64,000 nt of DNA from Antedon mediterranea (GCF_964355755.1 NC_092678.1:2992422-3056421); one strand, 5' to 3'. Positions 52,878 to 64,000 are shown, numbered from the stretch's first letter. Numbers and translations are program-made. The notes: a model not told the origin generated them from the sequence alone.

Positions 52878-55800
52878 CAAATAATATATTAATAATTTAT
52901 ATAATTATTATCTTTTAGATTTAATTACAAAACCAACTGACGTAACTCTCAATACCGGCGATACGCTTGTGTTTAGTTGTTTACTAGCAGACGATCTATA
53001 TTCTATAGTATGGGAAAAGGATGGTGACGTCATAATCTCTAACGAACATACAGATATTTTACCAGATGGAACATTACTCATTAATGGAATTACTCCACTT
53101 GACGCTGGAAAGTACACATGCGCCGTAATGGCCCGTATCCAAGAGGAGTCCGCTATTCTTACCGTTCAATCTAAAGGGAACATTCACCATGGTCAGCTTA
53201 TTATTTGAAATTATTTGATAGATAACCAAGTTGATAGATAACCAAGTTGATAGATAACCAAGTTGATAGATAACCAAGTTGATAGATAACCAAGTTGATA
53301 GATAACCAAGTTGATAGATAACCAAGTTGATAGATAACCAAGTTGATAGATAACCAAGTTGATAGATAACCAAGTTGATAGATAACCAAGTTGATAGATA
53401 ACCAAGTTGATAGATAACCAAGTTGATAGATAACCAAGTTGATAGATAACCAAGTTGATAGACAACCAAGTTGATAGACAACCAAGTTGATAGACAACCA
53501 AGTTGATAGACAACCAAGTTGATAGACAACCAAGTTGATAGACAACCAAGTTGATAGACAACCAAGTTGATAGACAACCAAGTTGATAGACAACCAAGTT
53601 GATAGACAACCAAGTTGATAGACAACCAAGTTGATAGACAACCAAGTTGATAGACAACCAAGTTGATAGACAACCAAGTTGATAGACAACCAAGTTGATA
53701 GACAACCAAGTTGATAGACAACCAAGTTGATAGACAACCAAGTTGATAGACAACCAAGTTGATAGACAACCAAGTTGATAGACAACCAAGTTGATAGACA
53801 ACCAAGTTGATAGACAACCAAGTTGATAGACAACCAAGTTGATAGACAACCAAGTTGATAGACAACCAAGTTGATAGACAACCAAGTTGATAGACAACCA
53901 AGTTGATAGACAACCAAGTTGATAGACAACCAAGTTGATAGACAACCAAGTTGATAGACAACCAAGTTGATAGACAACCAAGTTGATAGACAACCAAGTT
54001 GATAGACAACCAAGTTGATAGACAACCAAGTTGATAGACAACCAAGTTGATAGACAACCAAGTTGATAGACAACCAAGTTGATAGACAACCAAGTTGATA
54101 GACAACCAAGTTGATAGACAACCAAGTTGATAGACAACCAAGTTGATAGACAACCAAGTTGATAGACAACCAAGTTGATAGACAACCAAGTTGATAGACA
54201 ACCAAGTTGATAGACAACCAAGTTGATAGACAACCAAGTTGATAGACAACCAAGTTGATAGACAACCAAGTTGATAGACAACCAAGTTGATAGACAACCA
54301 AGTTGATAGACAACCAAGTTGATAGATAACCAAGTTGATAGATAACCAAGTTGATAGATAACCAAGTTGATAGACAACCAAGTTGATAGACAACCAAGTT
54401 GATAGACAACCAAGTTGATAGATAACCAAGTTGATAGACAACCAAGTTGATAGACAACCAAGTTGATAGACAACCAAGTTGATAGACAACCAAGTTGATA
54501 GACAACCAAGTTGATAGACAACCAAGTTGATAGACAACCAAGTTGATAGACAACCAAGTTGATAGACAACCAAGTTGATAGACAACCAAGTTGATAGACA
54601 ACCAAGTTGATAGACAACCAAGTTGATAGACAACCAAGTTGATAGACAACCAAGTTGATAGACAACCAAGTTGATAGACAACCAAGTTGATAGACAACCA
54701 AGTTGATAGACAACCAAGTTGATAGACAACCAAGTTGATAGACAACCAAGTTGATAGACAACCAAGTTGATAGACAACCAAGTTGATAGACAACCAAGTT
54801 GATAGACAACCAAGTTGATAGACAACCAAGTTGATAGACAACCAAGTTGATAGACAACCAAGTTGATAGACAACCAAGTTGATAGACAACCAAGTTGATA
54901 GACAACCAAGTTGATAGACAACCAAGTTGATAGACAACCAAGTTGATAGACAACCAAGTTGATAGACAACCAAGTTGATAGACAACCAAGTTGATAGACA
55001 ACCAAGTTGATAGACAACCAAGTTGATAGACAACCAAGTTGATAGACAACCAAGTTGATAGACAACCAAGTTGATAGACAACCAAGTTGATAGACAACCA
55101 AGTTGATAGACAACCAAGTTGATAGACAACCAAGTTGATAGACAACCAAGTTGATAGACAACCAAGTTGATAGACAACCAAGTTGATAGACAACCAAGTT
55201 GATAGACAACCAAGTTGATAGACAACCAAGTTGATAGATAACCAAGTTGATAGATAACCAAGTTGATAGATAACCAAGTTGATAGATAACCAAGTTGATA
55301 GATAACCAAGTTGATAGATAACCAAGTTGATAGATAACCAAGTTGATAGATAACCAAGTTGATAGATAACCAAGTTGATAGATAACCAAGTTGATAGACA
55401 ACCAAGTTGATAGACAACCAAGTTGATAGACAACCAAGTTGATAGACAACCAAGTTGATAGACAACCAAGTTGTTAGACAACCAAGTTGTTAGACAACCA
55501 AGTTGTTAGACAACCAAGTTGATAGACAACCAAGTTGATAGACAACCAAGTTGATAGACAACCAAGTTGATAGACAACCAAGTTGATAGACAACCAAGTT
55601 GATAGATAACCAAGTTGATAGATAACCAAGTTGATAGATAACCAAGTTGATAGATAACCAAGTTGATAGATAACCAAGTTGATAGATAACCAAGTTGATA
55701 GATAACCAAGTTGATAGATAACCAAGTTGATAGATAACCAAGTTGATAGATAACCAAGTTGATAGACAACCAAGTTGATAGACAACCAAGTTGATAGATA

Positions 55801-57857
55801 ACCAAGTTGATAGATAACCAAGTTGATAGATAACCAAGTTGATAGATAACCAAGTTGATAGATAACCAAGTTGATAGATAACCAAGTTGATAGATAACCA
55901 AGTTAGATAACCAAGTTGATAGATAACCAAGTTGATAGATAACCAAGTTAGATAACCAAGTTGTTAGATAACCAAGTTGATAGATAACCAAGTTGATAGA
56001 TAACCATTTAATTATAGCTCTCAAAGGACGCAATGTGTTGCTGAATCTTTTGTCGGAATAAGTGGACCTGGCGCCACCACGAATTTATACCGTTACTAAT
56101 AATTTTGTTACCAAAATACAAAACATTTTATTTGCTTTACCTTGCGCTTAACCTTACTTTACCTATACCAACACGCCATAATATTAAATCTTTTTAAAAA
56201 TCTTAATATTATTATTATAATTATTATTATTGTTAGTATTATTATTACCTCCGCCAAGGAGGTTATGTTTTCACCCCTGTATGTTTGTGTGTGTGTTTGT
56301 GTGTGTGTGTGTTTGTGTGTTTGTGTGTGTGTCTGTGAACAGCCTGGAGGCCACAGTTTTTATCCGATTCTAACCAAATTTGGACACAATGATCTATGCC
56401 CAAAAAGCTCGGACGAGTTCGAATTTGAGGGGGAAAGGTCATAGGTCAAGGTCACAACTAACAAAAAACTATATTACTGCCTAGAGACCACAGTTTTGAT
56501 CCGATTCTCACCAAACTTAGCCACAATGATCAATGGCTCATCACATAATTTTGGTTACATTTTGAAGGGTCAGGGTTAAAGATCAAGGTCCACAAAAAAA
56601 ATAAAAAATAAAAAAATAAAAAAAAACACTCCGCGGGACTTGAACCAGGGACCTTAATTGTGAGAGGCTGGATACATAACCATTACACCAAACTCTCATC
56701 CACACCTTTGTAGTGTGCAGTTAGGCTATTTACACTTTAGAACTAATAAAAAAAATGTAAAAAAAAAAAACATTTTCGGGGGGAATTTTATGTAGGGGAA
56801 TTTTACAGAAGGCGGAGGTTTGTACTCTCGGAGTACCCTCTAGTTATTATTATTATTGATCAATTAGAGTATTAGAGTTAATTGTTGCCTATAGATAACA
56901 AGTTTGTAAATCATAAACACGACAAAGCAAACAATGTATGTTTGCAACAGGCACTAGGCCTACTTTCATTTTATTTAACTTCTTTTCTTTTTTTTACTTA
57001 ACGACGGACGGGTATTTTGCTCTCTGATTACGTCTATGTAGTTACAATCTATATTTTAATTTATAGAATGTGGAATCGTTACATCTCCGGAAGCATTACA
57101 GGAGCAAAAAAATCGAGGCAAAAACAGAATTCGGTTGTTAAACGGAAGAGATGCGGCCAGAGGTTCTGCACCATGGATGGTACGCCTCTACTATATTCCT
57201 AATCAAAAGGATATCTGTGGAGGATCTATCTTGAACTCGGAATGGATAGTTACAGCGGCACACTGTGTCAATTTGAAAGAAAAACACAAGAATAGTACTC
57301 TTATTCGTGTGGCTGACCATGATTCTGAATTTGAAGAGTTTGAAGAAAAAAATTACACAATTGGCAAGATTGTGAGGCACCCAGACTTCAACCAGAGTAC
57401 TTGGGACTCTGATATAGCAATGATCAAACTCGAAACACCAATTTCTCAATTTACTGACTACGTCAGACCTATATGCTTACCAACAAAGAACATCATAAAA
57501 CCGGGTAAACTTGGTCGGGTAAACGGCTGGGGGATTACCAGTACCAGTAACATAACTCATCCACGGTTCATGAATGAAATATACGTGCCTGTCGTTAGCC
57601 AGAGGAAGTGTATTTCTTCAACAAATGCGACTTTTGCAATTACGCGCAACATGTTTTGTGCTGGATACGCGCAGGAAACAACAGATGCGTGCTATGGAGA
57701 CAGTGGTGGACCATTTTCCGTTTTCCACGAAGGCCGATGGTACTTGTCCGGTATCGTTAGTTGGGGTGAAGGTTGTGGAGAACCGGGAAAATATGGATTT
57801 TACACCAGAATTTCAGCGTTTCGGAAATGGATAAAGAACGTAATGAGAAAAGAATAG
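50705..57857 (+). CDS. Secreted double serine protease gene B (signal peptide - trypsin - Sushi/CCP - Ig - trypsin), ~699 aa; exons 50705-50730, 51480-51547, 51664-52425, 52555-52734, 52919-53191, 57067-57857
   Basis: Exons 1+2 give signal peptide MMYLFLHLMFLSLTVLSSSA|QD. The later exons join in phase 1 at GT-AG sites (2100 nt, no stops). Both protease domains have His/Asp/Ser and Asp189. Sushi CPPL..C..C.FRC..G......RVC..DGTWSG...C; Ig C..W.KDG..DGTLLI..DAGKYTC. AATAAA follows the stop. Confidence 0.85.
52808..52873. repeat. (TA)n microsatellite
   Basis: Uninterrupted TA run in an intron of gene B. Confidence 0.95.
53215..56006. repeat. 16-bp satellite (TTGATAGA[C/T]AACCAAG)n, ~175 copies, in intron 5 of gene B
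   Basis: Direct reading. Gives the spurious LSTWLSINLVVYQLGC ORFs on the minus strand. Confidence 0.99.
56245..56845 (+). mobile_element. Non-autonomous Helentron-type element (HINE/DINE-1-like), ~600 bp
   Basis: 5' TTACCTCCGCCAAGGAGG, (GT)n microsatellite, 3' subterminal inverted repeat GGCGGAGGT, short stem-loop GTACTC-TCG-GAGTAC and CTAGTT end, in T-rich flanks. Absent from paralog C. Confidence 0.7.
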
Positions 57858-58207
57858 TTTATACAAAATTTAGTATTTTGTTATGTAATAAAAGTAATAA
57901 AATAAAAGATTAGTAAGAATTAAAATATGAGTAGAACATAGTGATACCTTCATGTTATAGTACATAAGTAATATCTAAAAAATTAATATTTCGTTTTCAT
58001 AGAATTAAATTTAAACAAATAAAAACAAATGATATAATACACAGAAAGGTCAATTTTGTCTCGAAATAGAATATAGAATAACATACTCTTATTAAGTAAG
58101 ATAATAAACTCATTTATTGGAAAGTGCGCCCTCAGAATAATCATTTCTTCCTCCCTCCTTCCAATTCTGAAAATGTTGTTCTATTCATCAATTTGTTGCT
58201 AGTCAGA

Positions 58208-58711
58208 ATGGAGGCTTTAATTAAAAATGAAGAATCTTACAAGTCTGATGAAATCTTTATTACTTTCATTACCTGTCTGCTTTTACTGATTCTTTTCACC
58301 GTTTATCGAAATTCATCTTTGGCTAAAAAGCCGATTTACATATTTACAGCATCTCTGGCACTTGTTGACTTTACGACCGGTTTGATTGGAATACCTTCTT
58401 TAGTTATCGGAAAAAAGAAATTACTGGAACAAAACTCATGTAGTGTGTTTTATTTTGTTCCAGTAGTTGTGCTGGTAACAATGTCATTGAGTAACTTACT
58501 GCTTATGACCGCGGATAGATTGTTTGCGATTCAGTTCCCTCTTCGATACATGGTTTGGATGACTGCTGGCAGAGCTGTCAAACTATGTTGTATTGTTACG
58601 GTTACAGTGTTGTACAATACGGTACTTTCTGTTTTAAGGGTACAGTATATTTTTAAAAGGAAGTGTAATCTTTTCGAAGAAAATAAATTTGCCTGGAAAA
58701 TTGTTCTTTAA
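58208..58711 (+). pseudogene. Truncated duplicate of the downstream rhodopsin-class GPCR
   Basis: Near-identical to 62788 onward up to 58598 (start of TM4), then runs into unrelated duplicated upstream sequence. Also has a 30-bp in-frame deletion removing the TM1 GN motif. Confidence 0.88.
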
Positions 58712-58856
58712 TCACAATACCAACAAGCTCTACAAAAACAAAGTCATGGGATAGTTCGATCCGGTCGAGCATCCGGATAAATAGCTATTTTAAAGACGAA
58801 AAAGGGGAATTGATGTACTTTCGATGTTATCTTTCGTTAATGAAATAACGAACCCC

Positions 58857-61800
58857 ATGATGTACTTACTTCTACACTTAATGTAAGTAGTTTTGTTTTT
58901 AAAATACTAAAAGGTTAAAAAAATATGGGAATGTGCTCGGATAATGCATGTTTTCAACTTGCAACAATAGATTAGGCGTGTAAGAGTATGTGAGCAGCTG
59001 TTCGTAGTTAAAGAACTATTAATTTTCCTTAAAAAAACAGAAATTCTCTATTACATTTCCATTGATCGTTAAATTGTAATAACTTTGTTTCGAATATTTG
59101 CAACAGCGGAACCAACCAATCAGTAGTGCATCCTGTAAAACTAATACAATGCATACATTAATGTACAGTAGGCCTAAAAGTATATATAGTTCATCCGTTT
59201 TTCATTTTCCATATCTAGATTGTCAGGATATGCTGTTTAGGGTCACCCTCACTAAATAAGGTTTAATAAAATAAATAAATAAAATACAAACAACAATCAC
59301 TTCTGTCACTTTCACCTATTATTGAATAAACATCAAAGAGAACACTTCAGGTTCTTTAGGGATTAATGACATCTTGCAAATCTTATTCTTGTACTTATTT
59401 AAGGTTTCTCTCATTGACGGTGTTAAGTTCGTCAGCACAAGACCTGCCGTGGACATTAGAAGCGGACACAGGTATACTTAACCAAACGTTACACAGTTAT
59501 GAATTCAAATATTATTATTTGATGTTGTCCTTTATCATCATCATATCAAAATACATGAAATTGTTTGTAATCTATATAGAATGTGGAAGTGTCACATCAC
59601 CAGAAGCAATGCTGGACCAAGGAAACCGAAGAGGGAGAGAAGCTTCTAGAGGATCCGCTCCATGGATGGTACGCCTCTATCAAGTTTCTCAGGACCGTTA
59701 TTTCTGCGGTGGCTCTATTGTAAACTCTAAATGGATAATCACAGCAGCACACTGTATAACTGAGTTTAACGTTAATAAGATGAACACACTTGTTCATGTG
59801 GCTGATCATGACTCCGAATATATAGAATCCGAAGAAATGCTTTACAGGATTAAGAAGATTGTAACACACGCAGATTTCAATGACGACACTTACGACGCTG
59901 ATATTGCAATTATCAAACTTGACACACCGATTTCTAACTTTACTCATTACGTCAGACCTATATGTTTACCAACAAACAATCTGACTGAAAGAATTATGAA
60001 ACCAAGAAAACATGGCCGGGTAAGTGGATGGGGAGACATTAGGGAAAATGGCCCAAGACCACGGTTTATGAATGAAGTCTATCTACCTATCGTAGGCCAG
60101 AGAAAATGCATTTCTTCAACAACGTACAATGTTACAGACAACATGTTTTGTGCTGGGTATAAACAGAAACTCAAAGATGCCTGCCAGGGAGATAGTGGTG
60201 GACCTTTTTCCATTTTGCACGAAGACCGTTGGTATTTGTTCGGTATCGTTAGTTGGGGTGAAGGTTGCGGACGACCGGGGAAATATGGATTTTACACCAG
60301 AATCTCAGCATTTCTCGATTGGATAACAAATGTCATATTAGGAGGTTAGTTGTGTATTTTTAACAATGCAACTGATAAGAACAAGGCCAACAGCCATAAG
60401 TCGCGTGCTCTCAGATAAAAATGAACTTTTAAAAAGTAGTGTACTTTAAAACTTTTCTGTACATCAAAACAGTTCAAAAAGTACAAAAAAGCGATAAAAC
60501 GCATAGTGATACCGGACCGACAGACAGACCGACAGACCGACCGACATAGTGAACTATTGAGTCGCGTCCACGCGACTAAAAATGAGTATAAAATACTAAA
60601 AAGTAAAATCCTCCCTTGCTGATTTAAATAATTACCTTTTATTTAATTCGCAATTTAGAAACTCCATGTCCGCCATTAGAAACATCAGCCAATGTCGAGG
60701 CGGACTGCAATCGTTTGGGGAAACCTGGACAAGTATGTAACTTTCGATGTTCTGGGGGTCACGTGAGGACAACTGGTGACGTCAGACGTGTATGTCAACT
60801 TGACGGTACTTGGTCAGGAAATGAATTATCATGTAACGGTATAACACAAAATATATAATATTATATCGGTAATTATTAGCAGAACAATTACTCATGAAAA
60901 TATATATAATAATTTATACCATTATTATCTTTTAGAGATAATCAAAGAACTTCTGATTTCAAAACCAATTGACGTAACACGCAACACCGGTGATACGCTT
61001 GTGTTTAGATGTACACTGGAAGATGATCTATATTCTATAGTATGGGAAAAGGATGGTGACGTCATAATCTCTAACGAACATACACATATTTTTCCAGATG
61101 GGACATTACTCATTAATGGAATTACTAGTAATGACGCTGGAAAGTACACATGCACCGTAATGGCCCGTGTCCAAGAGGAGTCCGCTATTCTTACCGTTCA
61201 AACTAAAGGGAACATTCACCATGGTCAGCTTATCATTTTAAATTATTTGATAGATAACCATTTAAATAATTCAGTCGCTTGTCATTCGTAAAATTGCTTG
61301 CGAATCTTCTGTCGGATCGGCCTTACCACTGACTTAAACAATACCGTATACGTATAATACACCAGTAAAGCTTGGTTCCCACTACGCAAGTATGTAGGCG
61401 TAACGCAAGTAATTTGACCAATCCCAAGCGACGGATTATTCAAACCGTCGCTTGTCATTAGTCAACTCGCTTGTGTTGCGCTTACGTACTTCCAGTGGGA
61501 ATCGAGCTTAATTGTAACATTTATTTTACAAAACCAATTACGAAACACTTGATTTTCTGGAAATTTTCTTGCTTTACCTCGTGCTTGCTGGTTAGATTAT
61601 ATACTAATTATTTTTAAGTACTAATCAATTAATTTATATTCATATATCTTTTAATCTATAGGATGCGGAATTGTTACATCTCCGGAAGCATTACTGGAGC
61701 AAAAAAACCGAGGCAAAAACAGAATTCGGCTGTTAAACGGAAGAGATGCGGCCAGAGGTTCTGCACCATGGATGGTACGCCTCTACTATATTTCTTCTAA

Positions 61801-62449
61801 ATTGGATATCTGTGGAGGATCTATCTTGAACTCGGAATGGATAGTTACGGCGGCACACTGTGTCAGGAGCTACAAGGTGAATTCGAATAGTACTCTTATT
61901 CGTGTGGCTGACCATGACTCTGAATTTGAAGAGTCTGAAGAAAAAAATTACACAATTGACAAGATTGTGAGGCACCCAGACTTCAGAACTTGGGATTCTG
62001 ATATTGCACTGATCAAACTCGAAACACCAATTTCTAACTTTTCCGATTACGTCAAACCTATATGCTTACCAACAAACAACCTACCTACGGGAATCATGAA
62101 ACCGGGTAAACTTGGTCGGGTAAACGGCTGGGGGATTACCAGTAACATAACTCTTGCACGGTTCATGAATGAAATATACGTGCCTGTCGTTAGCCAGAGG
62201 AAGTGTATTTCTTCAACAAATCTGACAGCAATTACGCGCAATATGTTTTGTGCTGGATACGCGCAGGAAACAACAGATGCGTGCTATGGAGACAGTGGTG
62301 GACCATTTTCCATTCTGTATAAAAAACGATGGTACTTGTCCGGTATCGTTAGTTGGGGTGAAGGTTGTGGACAACCGGGAAAATATGGAGTTTACACTAG
62401 AATTTCAACGTTACTGAAATGGATAAAGAACGTAATGAGAAAACAATAG
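58857..62449 (+). CDS. Secreted double serine protease gene C (signal peptide - trypsin - Sushi/CCP - Ig - trypsin), ~704 aa; exons 58857-58882, 59404-59471, 59580-60344, 60659-60838, 60936-61223, 61662-62449
   Basis: Same exon phases as gene B (2115 nt, open). Signal peptide MMYLLLHLMFLSLTVLSSSA. Both triads intact. RIR|LLNG activation site in domain 2. AATAAA after the stop. Confidence 0.87.
60380..60582 (-). mobile_element. DINE/HINE-like insertion in intron 3 of gene C
   Basis: Present between GATAAGA and AAAATGA in C and absent at the same site in B. No obvious TSD. GACA/GACC microsatellite core. Confidence 0.65.
61369..61508. mobile_element. Small MITE (AGCTTGGTTCCCACT...AGTGGGAATCGAGCT), TAA flanks
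   Basis: 15-bp imperfect TIRs, internal CGCAAG/CTTG arms. Confidence 0.7.
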
Positions 62450-62787
62450 TTTATACATCAAATATTTTGTAATGTAATAAAAGTTATAAAATAAAAGATT
62501 AGTAAGAATTATAATATGAGTAGAACATAGTGATACCTTCATGTTATAGTACATAAGTAATATCTAAAAAATTAATATTACGTTTTCAATTTAAACAAAT
62601 AAAAACAAATGATATAATACACAGAAAGGTCAATTTTGTTTCGAGATAGAATATAGAATAACATACTCTTATTAAGTAAGATAATAAATTCATTTATTGG
62701 AAAGTGCGCCCTCAGAATAATCATTTCTTCCTCCCTCCTTCCAATTCTGAAAATGTTGTTCTATTCATCAATTTGTTGCTAGTCAGA

Positions 62788-63762
62788 ATGGAGGCTTTAA
62801 TTAAAAATGAAGAATCTTACAAGTCTGATGAAATCTTTATTACTTTCATTACCTGTCTGCTTTTACTGATGTTTCTAATAACGTTTGGTAACCTTTTGGT
62901 TCTTTTCACCGTTTACCGAAATTCATCTTTGGCTAAAAAGCCGATTTATATATTTACAGCATCTCTGGCACTTGTTGACTTTACGACCGGTTTGATTGGA
63001 ATACCTTCTTTAGTTATCGGAAAAATGAAATTACTGGAACAAAACTCGTGTAGTGCGTTTTATTTTGTGCCAGTAGTTGTGCTGGTAACAATGTCATTGA
63101 GTAACTTACTGCTTATGACCGCGGATAGATTGTTTGCGATTCGGTTCCCTCTTCGATACATGGTTTGGATGACTGCTGGCAGAGCTGTCAAACTATGTTG
63201 TATTGTTAACGTTGTTGGATTTGTAGTTGGCAGTGCGTCAAACATGGTCTCATTCTGTGCTGTAGTACTTCTTGATTCAAACTATACCTCAATGTGCGAC
63301 AGATATTTAGAAATGTATAGAATCCACGGCTTTTTAATATTTGCATACCTTAATGTAAATATGACGATATTGTCTGTTGTGGTCATGCTTTTCTGTTACT
63401 CGTATATTTTCGTACGAGCTCGGCGGCATATGAAAGAAAGAGCTTCACGTACCGGTACTGATAAACAAATAAACACATTCGATCTAAAGGCTACTAAAAC
63501 AACTGTCACAATCGTCATCACATTTATTATTTGTTTACTGCCAAAGGGTATCCAGGAGTATATAAACGAATCACCCGATCAAGCATGTTTTATGAATAAT
63601 TGGCCGTGCCTTATCGTTGACTTACTAATTCTTTCAAATTCAATGTTAAACCCTTTTATCTATTCCCGGAACAAGACAGTAAGGAAATTATATAAACAAT
63701 CTCTAACTGTTATCATTTCCAAATTCAAGATCAACAAACCAGGTATTAACCAAGCTCAGTGA
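62788..63762 (+). CDS. Intronless rhodopsin-class (class A) orphan GPCR, 324 aa
   Basis: Seven hydrophobic segments. TM1 GN, TM2 SLALVD, TM3 ADRL (DRY variant) with FPLRY, TM6 FIICLLP, TM7 NSMLNPFIY. First ATG at 62788; the track start at 62704 is a GTG. Confidence 0.92.
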   Translation: MEALIKNEESYKSDEIFITFITCLLLLMFLITFGNLLVLFTVYRNSSLAKKPIYIFTASLALVDFTTGLIGIPSLVIGKMKLLEQNSCSAFYFVPVVVLVTMSLSNLLLMTADRLFAIRFPLRYMVWMTAGRAVKLCCIVNVVGFVVGSASNMVSFCAVVLLDSNYTSMCDRYLEMYRIHGFLIFAYLNVNMTILSVVVMLFCYSYIFVRARRHMKERASRTGTDKQINTFDLKATKTTVTIVITFIICLLPKGIQEYINESPDQACFMNNWPCLIVDLLILSNSMLNPFIYSRNKTVRKLYKQSLTVIISKFKINKPGINQAQ

Positions 63763-64000
63763 TGAAGTCACAAAGTGATATCCACACTATGGAAAGTGAT
63801 ATCTAATAGATTTAATCTAATTCATCAGTTTTTGATTAATTTTTGTAACGACGTTCCGTCGAATAGTCTTCTGACTTTTCCGCTTCGGGCGCGCTGCTTA
63901 TTTCTGATGTGAAGTTTCTCCAAAGTGTTGGCGTCAGATGTTATGTTCTTTATAGGTCCGTTGGAGTTTTGAATTTTATTGAAGCTGAATCTGGCAATAT

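Noticed and set aside
52919-53191. Ig exon derived from the neighbouring LRIG gene
   Set aside because: LRIG Ig exons are outside the window, so the idea cannot be tested, and the I-set motifs are generic.
53074-56033. Long minus-strand ORFs (750-790 aa) of repeating LSTWLSINLVVYQLGC
   Set aside because: Artefact of a 16-bp satellite that lacks stops in all three minus frames; intronic and with no protein-like content.
59366-60349. Single-exon 327-aa protease starting at ATG 59366
   Set aside because: The ORF runs through an intron. The ATG is not conserved in gene B, whereas the 26-nt upstream exon giving a proper signal peptide is conserved in both B and C.
45105-62241. Antisense and alternate-frame ORFs over the protease, Ig and GPCR exons (e.g. 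45105-45434, 51630-52028, 59597-59947)
   Set aside because: Shadow frames of real coding exons, repeated only because the sense genes are paralogous.
62704-63762. GPCR as a protease-activated receptor paired with the thrombin-like proteases
   Set aside because: The N-terminus from the first ATG is only ~15 residues with no signal peptide or tethered-ligand region, and the TM7 NPxxY-type motif differs from the PAR DPxxY.

Overview
AT-rich, intron-containing animal genomic DNA. It looks like a marine invertebrate, but the species cannot be determined from the sequence. 1-30.7 kb is apparently one very large first intron of a minus-strand LRIG-like gene (signal peptide/LRRNT exon 30743-30921) and is full of MITEs, SINEs and tandem repeats. 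36.5-44 kb holds two convergent housekeeping genes, RPUSD3 (+, 8 coding exons) and GEMIN2 (-, 6 coding exons). 44.8-62.5 kb is a cluster of spliced multi-domain polyproteases that the ORF track shows only as fragments. Two are intact ~700-aa secreted genes with the layout signal peptide - trypsin domain - Sushi/CCP - Ig - trypsin domain; the third is a disabled three-protease copy. The protease domains are single exons and carry clotting/complement-type markers (AGY Ser195, Tyr225). In both intact genes the first domain keeps its catalytic triad but has lost the canonical activation motif. The two intact genes arose by a tandem duplication whose junction cuts a neighbouring rhodopsin-class GPCR, leaving one truncated and one intact copy. 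One copy carries a 2.8-kb 16-bp satellite in an intron. All exon structures were deduced by hand from GT/AG sites and frame continuity and are unverified by transcript data.
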